DNA from: an uncultured Bacteroidales bacterium
GTDB lineage: Bacteria; Bacteroidota; Bacteroidia; Bacteroidales; UBA10428
Direction of reading: 5' to 3'
DNA: 64,000 nucleotides
Assembly (NCBI GenBank): GCA_964503885.1
Contig: CAZDCD010000010.1
Location: 83,435 to 147,434 of the forward strand
The position numbers and the translations under genes were made by a program. This document shows, in pieces, positions 17,548 to 30,600 of the stretch. The notes under the pieces are model-generated. The model searched no databases. It saw only the letters and a program-made list of their open reading frames with translations, and was not told the origin of the DNA. Each line of letters opens with the position of its first letter. The first letter of the stretch is position 1.

Positions 17548-17835
17548 TAGTTCGTTGTAGAGATAATATCCGCTTTTAAGTCGGCGTATTGGGTATTTCA
17601 CAGGGAATTCCTTCTCATATAATGTTATGAAAACCCATCAGGTTGCATAGTGCGGAATTTACACTTTCCATGGGATTGAACTAATATTTGCAGGATTGCT
17701 TCCGGTTATCTTCATTTACTACCATATAATATATATTTCAATGAAAAATATCCAAATGATTTTTCTATATTTATTCGCAAAACCTGGTTATTTGGATGTA
17801 CCGGTTGTTTTTTGAAAACGTGTTGAACTAATCAA

Positions 17836-19956
17836 ATGCCACAGCAACATCTATTCATGTCCCTGAGAAGAGCAATAATTGCACTGAGCATTCCCCTTGC
17901 ATGTCTTACCCTAAGCCATGCACAGGAAAATACCTCCAAGGAATCAAACCCGGATACCATTCCGATTGATGAAGTTATTATTTCTGCTGCACGGATTCCT
18001 GTTACATACCGTTTGAACACAACGGCTGCTTCCATTGTCACTCCGTCAATATTGGAAGGTATGGCAAAAACCATAGCTGCTGATGAAGCACTCAGGCTTG
18101 TTCCCGGGGTCAGGGTTGAGAATCAGGCCGGCGGTTCACGGCTTCATATGTCTGTAAGAGGTCAGGGAATACTTTCTGAGAGGGGTTTAAGGGGGATCAA
18201 AGTGCTTATTGACGGCATTCCTGTGAACGATCCTTCGGGTTTTGCCCCCGACCTGTATGATGTCGACTGGGAAACAGTCGACAGGATTGAAGTGCTTCGC
18301 GGACCGGCAACATCCATCTATGGCGGAGGCGGTTCTGCAGGTGTGCTGAACATCATAACCCGTGACGGAGGAACAGCTCCGTTCAACGGAACAGTATATT
18401 CCGGAACCGGTTCGTATGGATTCTTTAAAGGTTTTGGTCAGATTGGAGGAACCGCGGGAAATATCAATTACAGGGTTTCGTATTCGCATATTGTGGGGGA
18501 TGCATACCGCGACCATGCAGCATATTGGGCTGATAACCTCAGCGAAAAACTTATCTGGACACCATCAGGTAAACTCAGGATCACCCAGGTGTTGATTGTT
18601 ACCACTTTTTTCAACCAGAATGCGGAGGGACTGAGTCTTGAACAGGTGGCTGAAAATCCGAGACAGGCCAACCCTGATGCCAATCCGTTCAATGAATACC
18701 AGAAAACAAACAGGATAACACAGGGCGTAATTTCGCAATACACAATCAATCAATACGCAGATATTCAGGCATATGGATTTATTCGTAGCTGGCGTTACAA
18801 AGAAACCAGCAACAAAGCCGCCCAATACCGTGATTTCGTGACACCGGGTTTTGGTGCACAGCTTGATCTGCATTTCGGAGCACAGCGCATTAGAAATCAT
18901 CTATCAATCGGAACCGATGCCCAATGGCAGACAATAAGCGAATACAAGCTTAAAAGCCTAAGTAATCCGCTAAGAAAAGAAAGTACCGATGAAGCAAACC
19001 TTGAAGATACACTATTGTTGGCAAACCAACTTATTAATCAACAAAGTACGGGCGTGTATGTTTTTGATAAACTGGAGATTTCCGGTAAGCTGAATCTCAC
19101 AGCAGGGTTTAGATATGATAATATCAGTAATGCACTGAACGATAAGTTGAATACAGGGAATAATTTGTCGGGGGAAAAGAACTTCAATAAGGTTACCGGC
19201 AGAATCGGGGTTGCTTATTCGCTTAACTCCTTTATAAGCTGTTATGCAAATTGGGCACAGGGGTTCATGCCTCCGGCAACCGAAGAGCTGGCAAGCAACC
19301 CGCTTTCATTCGGGGGATTTAATGAAAATCTTGAACCGGCCACTTCGGTGAGTAAGGAGATAGGGATAAGAGGGTTTGCAGGCAACCGTTTCAGGATTGA
19401 TGTGAATGGATTCTATATGACCACCGAAAAGGATTTTTTCAGGTTCAAGCTCTATCCTGCACGGGGAAACCAGGAAGTTTTTTATGGGAATACCGGATCA
19501 ACCGAACGATATGGAATTGAATCCTATGCAAGTTATTCTCCAGTGGATAAAATAATCCTTCAGGGCTCTTATACCTATTCACATTTCAGGTACACATCAC
19601 CCGACAGCCTGAAAGGTTTTTCACTGCCCAATTCACCGGAACATCAGGTATATCTGGATATTTCTTACAGGCTGGTTAAAAATCTTTCCATTGGAGCCAG
19701 CTATGAAATGCAGACGAAATGGTTCATATATACCGATGCAATTCACCATGATGTATTCCAGGATGGGTTTAACCTGTTGCATGCCCGCATATCCTATATA
19801 CCCGCATGGTTGGGGTTAAGCTGGGAATTCGGTGCGTTTGTTAGAAACCTCACAAACGAACACTATATTGCATTTACCGAACCCGATCCCGATGGCAATT
19901 GCTATCAACCTGCTCCCGGACGCGAATTTTTTATAAATCTGCGTGTGAGGTTTTAA
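17836..19956 (+). CDS. TonB-dependent outer-membrane receptor (non-SusC size class)
   Basis: 706 aa. Plug motifs DEVIISAARIP, RVENQAGG and IEVLRGPATSIYGGGGSAGVLNIIT, followed by a barrel ending ...FINLRVRF. Confidence 0.8.
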   Translation: MPQQHLFMSLRRAIIALSIPLACLTLSHAQENTSKESNPDTIPIDEVIISAARIPVTYRLNTTAASIVTPSILEGMAKTIAADEALRLVPGVRVENQAGGSRLHMSVRGQGILSERGLRGIKVLIDGIPVNDPSGFAPDLYDVDWETVDRIEVLRGPATSIYGGGGSAGVLNIITRDGGTAPFNGTVYSGTGSYGFFKGFGQIGGTAGNINYRVSYSHIVGDAYRDHAAYWADNLSEKLIWTPSGKLRITQVLIVTTFFNQNAEGLSLEQVAENPRQANPDANPFNEYQKTNRITQGVISQYTINQYADIQAYGFIRSWRYKETSNKAAQYRDFVTPGFGAQLDLHFGAQRIRNHLSIGTDAQWQTISEYKLKSLSNPLRKESTDEANLEDTLLLANQLINQQSTGVYVFDKLEISGKLNLTAGFRYDNISNALNDKLNTGNNLSGEKNFNKVTGRIGVAYSLNSFISCYANWAQGFMPPATEELASNPLSFGGFNENLEPATSVSKEIGIRGFAGNRFRIDVNGFYMTTEKDFFRFKLYPARGNQEVFYGNTGSTERYGIESYASYSPVDKIILQGSYTYSHFRYTSPDSLKGFSLPNSPEHQVYLDISYRLVKNLSIGASYEMQTKWFIYTDAIHHDVFQDGFNLLHARISYIPAWLGLSWEFGAFVRNLTNEHYIAFTEPDPDGNCYQPAPGREFFINLRVRF

Positions 19957-20016
19957 ACAGATAGGGAAAAGATCCGAATAAACATCATTATAATAGAATC
20001 CCCTGAATTCCGGCGT

Positions 20017-21072
20017 ATGCTATCCAAAGGTACCATCACATTATTTTCATATTTATTCCCTCTGCTATCCGGCTTCATGATGATTACTGTGAGCTGTGAA
20101 AGGGACAAGCGCGAAGACCCTGTGATTAACGATATGAAAGCACAGAGAGGGTATATGGACAGGTATCTGGGAACATTCCGTTGCGGCCTTTTTGTTCCGC
20201 CTTCATACGATCACCAAAAGAAATATCCATTGGTTATATTCCTTCATGGATATTCCGATACCACAACCTGGGACCTTGGCTGGTATCACGAACCGGTGGT
20301 TTCTTCAGATCCATGCATTGTACTGACACCCAAATGTCCCGGGGAGGAAATATACGGCTGGGGCGACAGTTTCGACCCACAAACCAGCCCGATGATGGCC
20401 AAAACCTATGCAATGATCGAACTTGTCAAGCATGTCTTCAACCTTGATTATGACAGGTTTTATATTTATGGCATTTCAATGGGTGGTATCGGAACCTACG
20501 GGGCATTACAGAAAAATCCAGGTATGTTTGCTGCTGCCTATGTAGAATGTGCAAAGGGAAATCCGGAAATAGCCCCTGTTGTTGCGGAAATACCTTTCTG
20601 GATCTTTCACGGCTCTGAAGACAATATTATCGATGTTCACTGGGCCCGGGACATGTACCAGGCAATTCAAGGGGCGGGAGGAACACAGATCAGGTATACC
20701 GAATACCATGGAGTGGGGCATAATGTTTGGGATTATACCCGCAACGAATCCACAATTACCCCCTGGCTGCTGGCTCAGCGAAAGGGAGCGGTTCACGGGA
20801 ACCCCGATGGTGTAGAAAATATTTCGGTGAGCGTTACTGACCGGGATTTTATCCGTCTTGAATGGAACGGACCTGCAGACCATTCAAATGCCGATAACCA
20901 GGTTTGGTTTTACAGGATTTATCGGAACGGACTGTTGCTGCAGGAAACATACGAGTCCTCATTCATTGACTCTCTGGTTTTCACGGAAAGCACCCCTGTC
21001 TACAATATTTCCGCTATGAATTTCTTTTTCAGGGAATCGTCACTGACTGCTGACATAAGTTATGCTGAATAA
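20017..21072 (+). CDS. Alpha/beta-hydrolase esterase lipoprotein with C-terminal Fn3-like domain
   Basis: Lipobox MITVSC, nucleophile elbow GISMGG, FHGSEDNII and GVGHNVW (Asp/His region). The tail ISVSVTDRDFIRLEWNGP...YRIYRNG is Fn3-like. Confidence 0.65.
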   Translation: MLSKGTITLFSYLFPLLSGFMMITVSCERDKREDPVINDMKAQRGYMDRYLGTFRCGLFVPPSYDHQKKYPLVIFLHGYSDTTTWDLGWYHEPVVSSDPCIVLTPKCPGEEIYGWGDSFDPQTSPMMAKTYAMIELVKHVFNLDYDRFYIYGISMGGIGTYGALQKNPGMFAAAYVECAKGNPEIAPVVAEIPFWIFHGSEDNIIDVHWARDMYQAIQGAGGTQIRYTEYHGVGHNVWDYTRNESTITPWLLAQRKGAVHGNPDGVENISVSVTDRDFIRLEWNGPADHSNADNQVWFYRIYRNGLLLQETYESSFIDSLVFTESTPVYNISAMNFFFRESSLTADISYAE

Positions 21073-21695
21073 AGTGATTAAGTAAGGAAGATACCTGGGA
21101 ACGCTTCAATTCGCTACATTGAGCCGATCAGAAATTTGAAATTGAATATTTTTCCATAGAAATCATTACCTTGATCACATAATGGTCAAACCACTTAATT
21201 ACATCATCACTTCAAGTGCCGGAAAATACGCATATGTCATAGGTAAAAACCGTTATATAAAAATGAAGGTCAATACCCACCGGAATTGACTGGAAATCCC
21301 TATACCGGGAATTCTGAAAGTATTTAATATCAATATATTAAAGCTTATTCATTAAACTCACCGGTATGAGATTCTTTCCGTATTCATTTATCCTTTGTAA
21401 ACTAATTAATTATCAGAATATTACTAATAATATACATAGTTAACTATTATTTTAACTATACTTATTTTACCTTGGTCATCCTTTAGGCATCCTTTATCAA
21501 AACAATATCAAGAGAATCAAGTATATCATTAAATAGTGCAACAATCCGAAATGGATCACGTAAAACCCTGAAAATGATACACAGTTTTTTAAATAAGAAA
21601 AAAATTGCGTAACTTAAGTGATGAAGAGGTGAGCTGTTGAAAACTTTATTTGGATTGCGAAGGTTTGAGGTTTAAATTAACAATCGTTTGAGAGA

Positions 21696-24600
21696 ATGCT
21701 GAGGACTTTTTTTGAGATATTGAATGAAGGTATGTTTTCATCCAAGGCTTTGAATAGAAAAGAACTGGACTGGAAGATTTCGGAATGCGGCAGGAGCAAC
21801 TGGCTTCATTTATACAAATGGTCGGTAAAAAGGCAATTTTTAATCTTTGCTGTCTTATTTTTCCTTTCGGCCAGGTTATTTCCGGCAACCATTACCAGCA
21901 ATGCAATGACAGGGAACTGGAGTACACCGGCTTCATGGGTAGGAGGTGTGGTTCCGGGTGCAGGGGATGATGTAATTATCGCAAACAATGCCAATATAAC
22001 TGTTAATGGTAATTATACCTGTTTAAGCCTGATCCTGAATGGTGGAAATCAACCCTCATCGGTGATCATTTCAGGAACAAATTCACTTACGGTGACAAAT
22101 ACCACAACTTTATTCTGCAATTCAAACAATGATTGGAAATCTGTAGTGGTAGATAACGGATCTTTTACTTCCGGTTCCGTAACCATGAATTCAACCAATA
22201 ACAACAGCCGGGATGCCTTTATTGAAATTGCATCAGGAAACGCTACTGTTTTGGGGGATCTCACCATGAATGCCAATATAAATAGGAATTATATCCGTTT
22301 CACCGGGGCAGGAATCTTAAATGTAGGAGGCAATATTTCAGGTGGTGGTATTACCAGTACATTTGGAGGTGGAGGAACACCCACATCGGGTACTGTAAAT
22401 CTAAACGGATCGGTAGCTCAATCAATTGATGGATATACATTTTACAATTTTACAGTGTCTGGTAGTGGAGACAAATCGCAGTCTGCATCAATAACTGTTT
22501 CAAATGATTTTACCATGAATGGTGGTAATTTTCTTTTAAACGGCAACAATAGTACTATTTCAAATCTTATATTGACTTCCGGTACTATTCAACTTGGCGA
22601 TAACAATTTAACATTATCCGGTACACAATCTGGTGGTTCAGCATCGAGTATGGTAGTTACCGATGGCAATGGATATTTGATCCGTAATGCCAATGCCACA
22701 TTGCCTATTATTTTCCCGGTTGGTTCTGACGGATTATATGATCCTGTTTCAATTACTGCAATAAATAACACAACCGGAACTATACTTGTAAGAACAACTT
22801 CGTATGCTGGCTTAGGACCTAAGTATATTTCCCGCTACTGGGATATGTTGACCAGCGTTGCTGGTAAAATAATTACTTCAATCTTTCAATACGAAGGCTC
22901 TGAAATATCCATAACTCCGAACACAATATATTTCCGGCCAAATCTGGGAGCATGGCAGCCACCATCCGGTACACAAACCTTTGGTGCAAATACAATCACC
23001 ATTACCGGTACATCAGATATTACAACAACAAATTCTTCCTGGACTGCCGGGGCAATCGGAACGTATTATTCATATCAGACTGGTAACTGGAACAATCCCA
23101 CAACATGGACATCAGATCCGGGAGGTACGACACAGATGGGTTCAACCGTTCCCGGGACTAATGATTTTGTAGTGATCCTGGATGGAAGAACGATTAGCCT
23201 TACCGGCAATGTTAACGAGGCCGACATTGATATATCAATCAATGCAGGCGGGATCATAGACATGTCTACATACCAGTTTACGTCCGGACTGAAAGCTTTG
23301 CGTGGTCAGGGTACTTTACAACTGGCCTCTGTCAATTTTCCGTCGGCGACCACCAATACTTTTATAATTACAGGAGGTGGAACGACCGAGTACAATAATT
23401 CAGTAAATTTTACTCTCCCTGCTACTCAAACTACCTATAATCACCTGACCATAAATGCCCCCGGCATTATTGCAACTCAATTGAACAACCTTACACTGAA
23501 CGGAAACCTGTATGTGAAACAAGGTACCTATCGGATAAATGACAATACTGCGAATAGAAGGCAACTGACTATTTTCGGAAATGTAGTCGTAGATAACGGA
23601 GCTTCGCTGACCACAGGCGCCGGAAATACATTTACAACAGCCGTAACTGGTGTAACAGGTGGTACTGCACCATTTTTAAACTATTATATTAATAATACAC
23701 ACCAGGTAATTCTGTATGGTGATTTTACAAACGACGGAACAGTACGCTTCACCAATCAGGCATATCCGGTATTTGATGCCTTTCCCAATCAGGGTGCTGC
23801 CACAGTTTATTTTATGGGAGCAACGAACAATACGTTAACTTGTAACAATACTACTGATTTTTACAATCTTGTCCTTGATAAAGGGGTTGATCAAACGTTC
23901 AAATTAACAATATACTCAACTGGTTATTCAAATTTCAGGTTGTTTGGGGCTAATACTTCAGGGGGCGATGGAGGTGGAAATAATCCTAATCTGAAAAAAG
24001 CCCTGTGGATAAGAACCGGAACCTTGGATCTAAAAGGTTTAACCATAATTCCCTCCTTGACTGAAGGAAATTGTGATTCCGGTCCGGGCGGTCCTAATTC
24101 TGATTTTTATATACCTGCCAACGGTGCACTGATCCTTGACGGTGCAGATGTAATTGTGCTGTCTACAGCTGATGATTACAGGGAGCTGAATGTGGCTTAT
24201 GGGGTGGCAGCCCCAAACAATACTGCGGCAGGAATTAGTCTGAGCGGATGCAGCTCCTTTTCAATATATGGCAAAATCAAAATCAACAACGGGTATTTTT
24301 CGACACGTGAATCAGGTGGATTTATTACCTGGGATGTAGCCTCGGGACAATTTGAGCTTAACGGAGGTCAGGTCGATGCTAAGCAGTTCAGGGCCGCCGG
24401 TGGTACAGGAGGACTGGCTTCTTATACACAGACCGGAGGTATGCTATACCTGCGGGGCCGCTTTCAGCGTACACCCTTACAATACACGACGGTCGATGAC
24501 CTTAAGGATTTCACATCAGCCACGATAAATACCAACCGTATAGCTGCTGCATTGGATGGTTCTGTTGCAACGTTTAACCTGAATGCTGCAGAAAACGTAT

Positions 24601-27600
24601 TTAGTATGTCGGGCGGCACCATGCGGATATATGACGTATGTGGTGCGGGTGGAGGACAAAACGGAGCGTTTGAAGTACTTTCTTCATATGCAAATATTAA
24701 CGTAACAGGTGGCACGGTTGAAGTAATCCCGACAACTGGTTCAGGTGCGGATGCGACCAGCTATATTCTGGAATCGAATGCCCCTGTTTACAACCTTTTT
24801 GTCAGCAGGGTAAGCGGTACAGCACCGGTACTGTTAAATACGTATCCGTTAAAAGTCTTAAAAAATCTTACACTTCAGTCGGGTGTGTTGAATGCAAATA
24901 ATTTTGATGTAGCTGTAGGCGGTAATTTCATCATTGCACTTGGTACTACATACACAACCGGCACCAATCGCACCATATTTAATGGTACAGGAACGCAGTC
25001 GTTTGCGATCAATCTCGCCACACCCCTTACCGTAAACAAGTTGATTGTAGACAAATCAAGTTCTGATGTACTCATACTAGATGGCACTCAAAATACCCTG
25101 AATATAACGGATTCGCTGAAGATTTTGAACAGCCGCTTTAACGATAACAGCAAAACAGTGAATTGTGCCGCCAACATATTCAATTCCGGATATCATCTCG
25201 GATCAGGAAAGATTGTATTGAACAGCAATGCTGTGCAAAACATTGACGGTAACGGTACGGGCATTTTTCAGAATCTTGAATTGAACAAACCTGCAGCCGG
25301 AACGGCAGTTGTCAATATGAATGCTGTTTTTACCATCAACGGTACACTTACTTTTTCAGGCGCAGCTGCCGGGTATAAACCGATGAATATCCAAAACAAC
25401 GAACTTATCCTGGGAACAGATGCAATTGTTGCAGGAGCTGATGCAAACCGGTATATCCAGACAAGCGGGAATGCCGGGGACGGCGGATTAACCAGGCAAT
25501 ATTCGGCAGTTTCGCCTTCGTTCACCTTTCCTGTAGGTGCATCTTCGACATCTCATGCCCTTCCTGCTTATACTCCGGCCACGCTGGGAATTAACGGTTC
25601 TCCTGCGGCGTTCGGGTCGATCACAGTTATTCCGGTTGGTTATGAACATCCTGCTACGATCAATAACGGGCGGACCCTGACTTATTTCTGGCGGGTAAAA
25701 TCAAACAGTTTTACATTGGGAACTGCTACAGTGACTCACGGGTATACTTACGATCAGAATGATGTGATTACCGGTGCCGGAATAACCGAGAATGGTTATG
25801 TGGCTGCACGCTATCAGGCTACAACCTATTCCTGGTCAAAAGGTACCGTAAATGATGTTGATGAGGCGGCCAATATTGTTGGTGAGCCGGGTACAGGTAA
25901 CTTTCTTGAAAATGTTGCATTTATTGATGGCGATTATACTGCCGGTGATGATGCACCCACCGACCCGTTTGGTGCACCTGTGATTTTTTACAGCAGGCAG
26001 TCTGCAAACTGGAATCTGGCAACTACATGGTCAAATGTAAGCCATACCGGACCTGCTGCTGCAACCATTCCGGGTTTGAACGATGTGGTAATTATCGGCA
26101 ATGGCAATACCGTAAATCTTACAGGCAATCAAAATTGTGCAGTACTGCAAATTGAAAACGGGTCAACACTTGATATTTATACCTATACAGGAAGTACATT
26201 CAGTATGGTGGTTAATCACCCTAATGGAAATGGGTTGTTTCAGGTAACCACGCCGAAAACTCCAAATAATACCATTCCAGGATTGTTTACTTTTCCATCA
26301 GGTGATTTTTCTGATTTTAATGTGCATGGCGGTACCACAGAATTTTACGATATAGATGGCACTGTCGGAGCACTGTATATATTACCCGCCAATGTTATCC
26401 AATACGGAAACCTGATCCTGAGGGCCAGGGGAGGAGATAACCTTGTATTACCGAATAATGCCGCAACCACTGTCTACGGGGATTTGACTTGTACCGGAAA
26501 TGCAACCACTGCATGGATTGCGATGTGCTGGAATACCAATATATGGCCTTACTTTTCGGGCGTATATAATCCGACGATCGAAAAAACAGTAACAGTTAAA
26601 GGGAGTATGTACGTTGATGCGGGTAGCTTTGAGTTTTTCAACGACCAGGCTCCGCAGCATTTAATTGTCGAGGGTGATGTTGTTGTTGCGCCAGGGGCTG
26701 TATTGGAGATCTATCCGAATTATCCGTTTGCTACTCCGGTGGTGAACAATACGATTGCAATAGGCGGTTCCCTGATAAACAATAACGTTGTTACACTAAG
26801 ATCGACAGGGGGAGGAAGAACATATACTGTGGATGCAACCTTTTTTGGTGAAAATTCGGCAAGTATTACAAATACCTCCGGTATTCCGACAACCACACTG
26901 AATAATGTCCTTGTAAATAAAGGCAGTTCACAATCAGATTCGTTAATTATAGATATTGGTGGAACTCTTAATACTTTAGCTGATGGCTGGCTTACTTTGC
27001 AAAATGGAACCCTGGGGTATTTGAGAACCAATCCCAACTCTGATTTTACCATTACTACAACAAGTCCGTTTACAATACCTACTACAGCAGGTCTTTATAT
27101 CGATTACAGCAATTCGGGCAACAGGGATATTCTTCTTGCTGTTGGCAATTCCGATGGCAATGATGTATACCTTAATGGTAAACTGGCTCTTATCAACGGC
27201 AATGTGTATATAGGAAATACAAATGGCACAACTGTAAGGAATAACGATATTGAATATTCTGGCGGAGGTTCATCAGAAATTGAAATTCAGGGTGGTAACC
27301 TCATTGTTAATGGGCAGATCCGAAGAAATCCCGCTACTTCAGCCGGGGTCTTGAAATATACACAGAGTGGTGGTCAGCTTGTGATCAACGGACAGAATGC
27401 CAATACTGGCAATGCAAAATTAGAAATATTAAATGCCGGAAGCCAGTTCAATATGAGTGGTGGATCTCTGACCATAGTCAGGGGCGGTGGAGGAAATACA
27501 TTCGGAGATCTGTACCTGAGACCTGCGAGCTCAACGGTAACAGGTGGTGACATTGTATTTTCCCAGGTTCCGCCCGTTGGTCCCGTTGTTGATGCAGTGC

Positions 27601-30600
27601 AGGATTACAGACTCGACGCAACAGTATCTTTGAATAACCTTACCATAACAGGTAAAACAGCGGGACCTGCCCGGAATGCTACAGTTACTCTTCTTATCAG
27701 TCCGCTAACTCTGAACGGTTCGCTTACATTAAGCAATAACAGAAGCTTTTTTGATGCCAATTCTACGTACAATATCAATGTTACAATTAACGGAAACCTG
27801 AATAATTCGGGAACCTATTCCCATTATTTGAATACAACTACATTCAATGGCAATATTCAGGCTATTACAGGTACTTCACCAACAACATTTTACGATCTGG
27901 TGGTGAATCCCGTAACAAGGCTCACCCTGAACGGTAATACCACTGTAAACAGAAACCTTACCCTGAGCAGCGGAACATTAGAGTGTGGAAATTACACTGT
28001 ATATGTTGCCGGGAACCTGAACAATAATGCAACCTACACGGATAATAACACAGGCGTTGAACTGAATGGCAGCAGTCTTCAATATATATCCGGAACAGGC
28101 ACATACGGCCAGCTTGCACTTAACAATACTGCGGGAGCCAGACTGAATAACAGCATAACCCTTGAAAAGAACCTTGTACTTACACAGGGTATCCTGGATA
28201 TCAACAAATATTTGCTGTCACTGGGTGTGAACAGCAATATTTCAGGAGCACCATTCAGCTCGGCCAAAATGATCACTTCCGACGGAGTTTTCAGTAATGT
28301 GGGAATCAATAAGTTCTTTCCGATAATAGGTGCTCCCACAACATTTACCTTTCCGTTGGGTACAACCGGAAAATACACACCTGCGGTCCTTAGTATTAAT
28401 ACCAATACCAATGTGGGTTCTTTAAGACTTAACAACATTAATACCCGACATTCTGCTGTAATTGATCCGGCAAATGTGCTGGACTATTACTGGGAAATGG
28501 AAGGTAATGGTTTAATGGGATTTAACGGAAATATTGTATTTAACTACCTCCAGGAAGATGTACTGGGCTCTCAGGAAAACAATTACCTTGCAGCAAGGTT
28601 ATTAACCCCTGCTACCAGCTGGAGCCTGACTTCCACAGTCGATGATGTGGCCAATACGATAACAATTAATTATGTCAACACCGATAATCTTAGCGGAGAA
28701 TATACAGCCGGCATTAGTACTGCTTTTCCGCCGGATATACCTGAATATACCAGCAATTCCAATGGAGACTGGACTGATAATACGATTTGGACACAAACCG
28801 GTGGTACTTTGTATCCTTGTCCTCTGGGTGGACCCAATGGTTTTATTGTTACCATTGATCATGAGGTGACTGCAGATGCCAATTATTGTTCGGCATACAA
28901 GACAACAATCAATAATACACTGCGTATTGTATCACCCTATTTCGGACATAATCTGGGTATTGTTACCGGCAACGGTACTTTATATCTTGAGAGTGGTGTG
29001 ATCCCTGCCGGACGGTACACAAGTTTTCTCGATTGTTCAAACGATGCAACATTGGAATATGGCGGTACTGGCACCTATATATTAATTGCAGACCTTTATT
29101 CCAGCGTTCCTAATATTCTGCTTTCCGGAACAGGTACAAGGAATATACCGAATAAAGATTTAACGATATGCCATAGCTTGAAGATTGGAACAGCAACCGA
29201 TGGACCAGCATTCGATAATACCCTGAATAACCGCAAATTAACAATTCTGGGTACAATGGAACGATATAACACCGGCGTATTCAAAAGCGGTTCAGGCGCA
29301 GGTGCTACAGTATCATTTGCCGGTTCATCGGCTCAAACAATAGGTGGAATTTTAGGCGATTTTACAGGCACAAATGCCTTTAACAATCTTGAGATCAATA
29401 ATGCTGCCGGATTAACTATCAACACAAACGGTGCCATTGAAGTAAATGGTAACCTTATGCTCACCAGCGGAGTAATCCATACAGCCACTGCAGATAAGCT
29501 TACGATCATTAATTCAGCCATGAATTGTGTAATTCCTGCCGGAGGTAGTTCATCGTCCTATGTTGACGGACCATTGATCAAACGGATAAACCAAAGTGAT
29601 AATTTCCTTTTCCCGGTGGGAGAAGGAACAAACCTTGGGAATAAGATCACCCTGATGACCACTATGACAGGACCTGCCTTATGGACCGTGGAGTATCATA
29701 ATCCCAATACATTTACTACGTTCCAGGCACCGCTGACCTATGTCAATCTTGATGATTACTGGAACGTTACAGTGCCTTCGGCAAATCAGGCTATTGTTGA
29801 CCTGAAATGGAATCCGGCAAGTGATCTGACTCCTCTTATGACACAGAATGGACTCTCTGATATGCGTGTAGCAGAGCACAACAGCACAGATTGGATTGAA
29901 ATTTCCTCTTCAGCAACAGGCGATAATTACAACGGTAGTGTACAGACAGTCAGCCGGATTTCATTCCCAGTGGCAGGTAAAAATGTAACCACTGCATGTA
30001 TTAATGTCACCAAACCAAGGGCGACCCTATCTCCCTCAGGACCTGTTTGCGGTGCGGCCGGAATACTGGTTTCCTTTACTCAATCACCGGGATTGAACTA
30101 TACCTTAAGCTATACCATAAACGGAGTACCCCAGGTAGATGTGGCTATCTCTTCATTGCCGTATACACTGCCTACCCCTGTTCCAGGTATATATAGGCTC
30201 ACAGCCTTTACTTACAATAACGGACTAAATAACGGTGTGGTTGATGCAGGTACAGTAACAGCTTATGACATACCTACCACGGCTGATGCCGGTTCGAATC
30301 AATCGCTTTGCGGGGCAACAGGTACAACACTGGCTGGTAATACCCCACTGGTAGGATCAGGATTATGGAGCATCGTAAGCGGTATCGGAGGTACAGTAGT
30401 TACACCCGATTCACCTGCAAGTGATTTTAACGGAACAAACGGTACAACATATACATTAAGGTGGACAATAAGCAATGGCTCCTGCACATCTTCGGATGAT
30501 GTGGTTATAGCATTTCCGCTGTTGCCCCTGCAGCCCGGTGCATACATTGTAAGTTCTCAGAATGTTTGTCAGGGCCAGAATGGTGTGCCATACAGCGTAC

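Noticed and set aside
17548-17835. Riboswitch (cobalamin/TPP) or leader peptide upstream of the TonB-dependent receptor
   Set aside because: CAGGGAATTCC vaguely recalls the cobalamin core, but no B12 box (GCCACTG) or TPP CTGAGA/ACCTGA elements are present. The 24-codon ORF MKNIQMIFLYLFAKPGYLDVPVVF has no supporting evidence.
21696-21830. Alternative reading of the giant gene's first 45 codons as a separate small gene or as non-coding
   Set aside because: No in-frame ATG lies closer to the hydrophobic segment and the frame is continuous. I kept the long form but flagged the start as uncertain.
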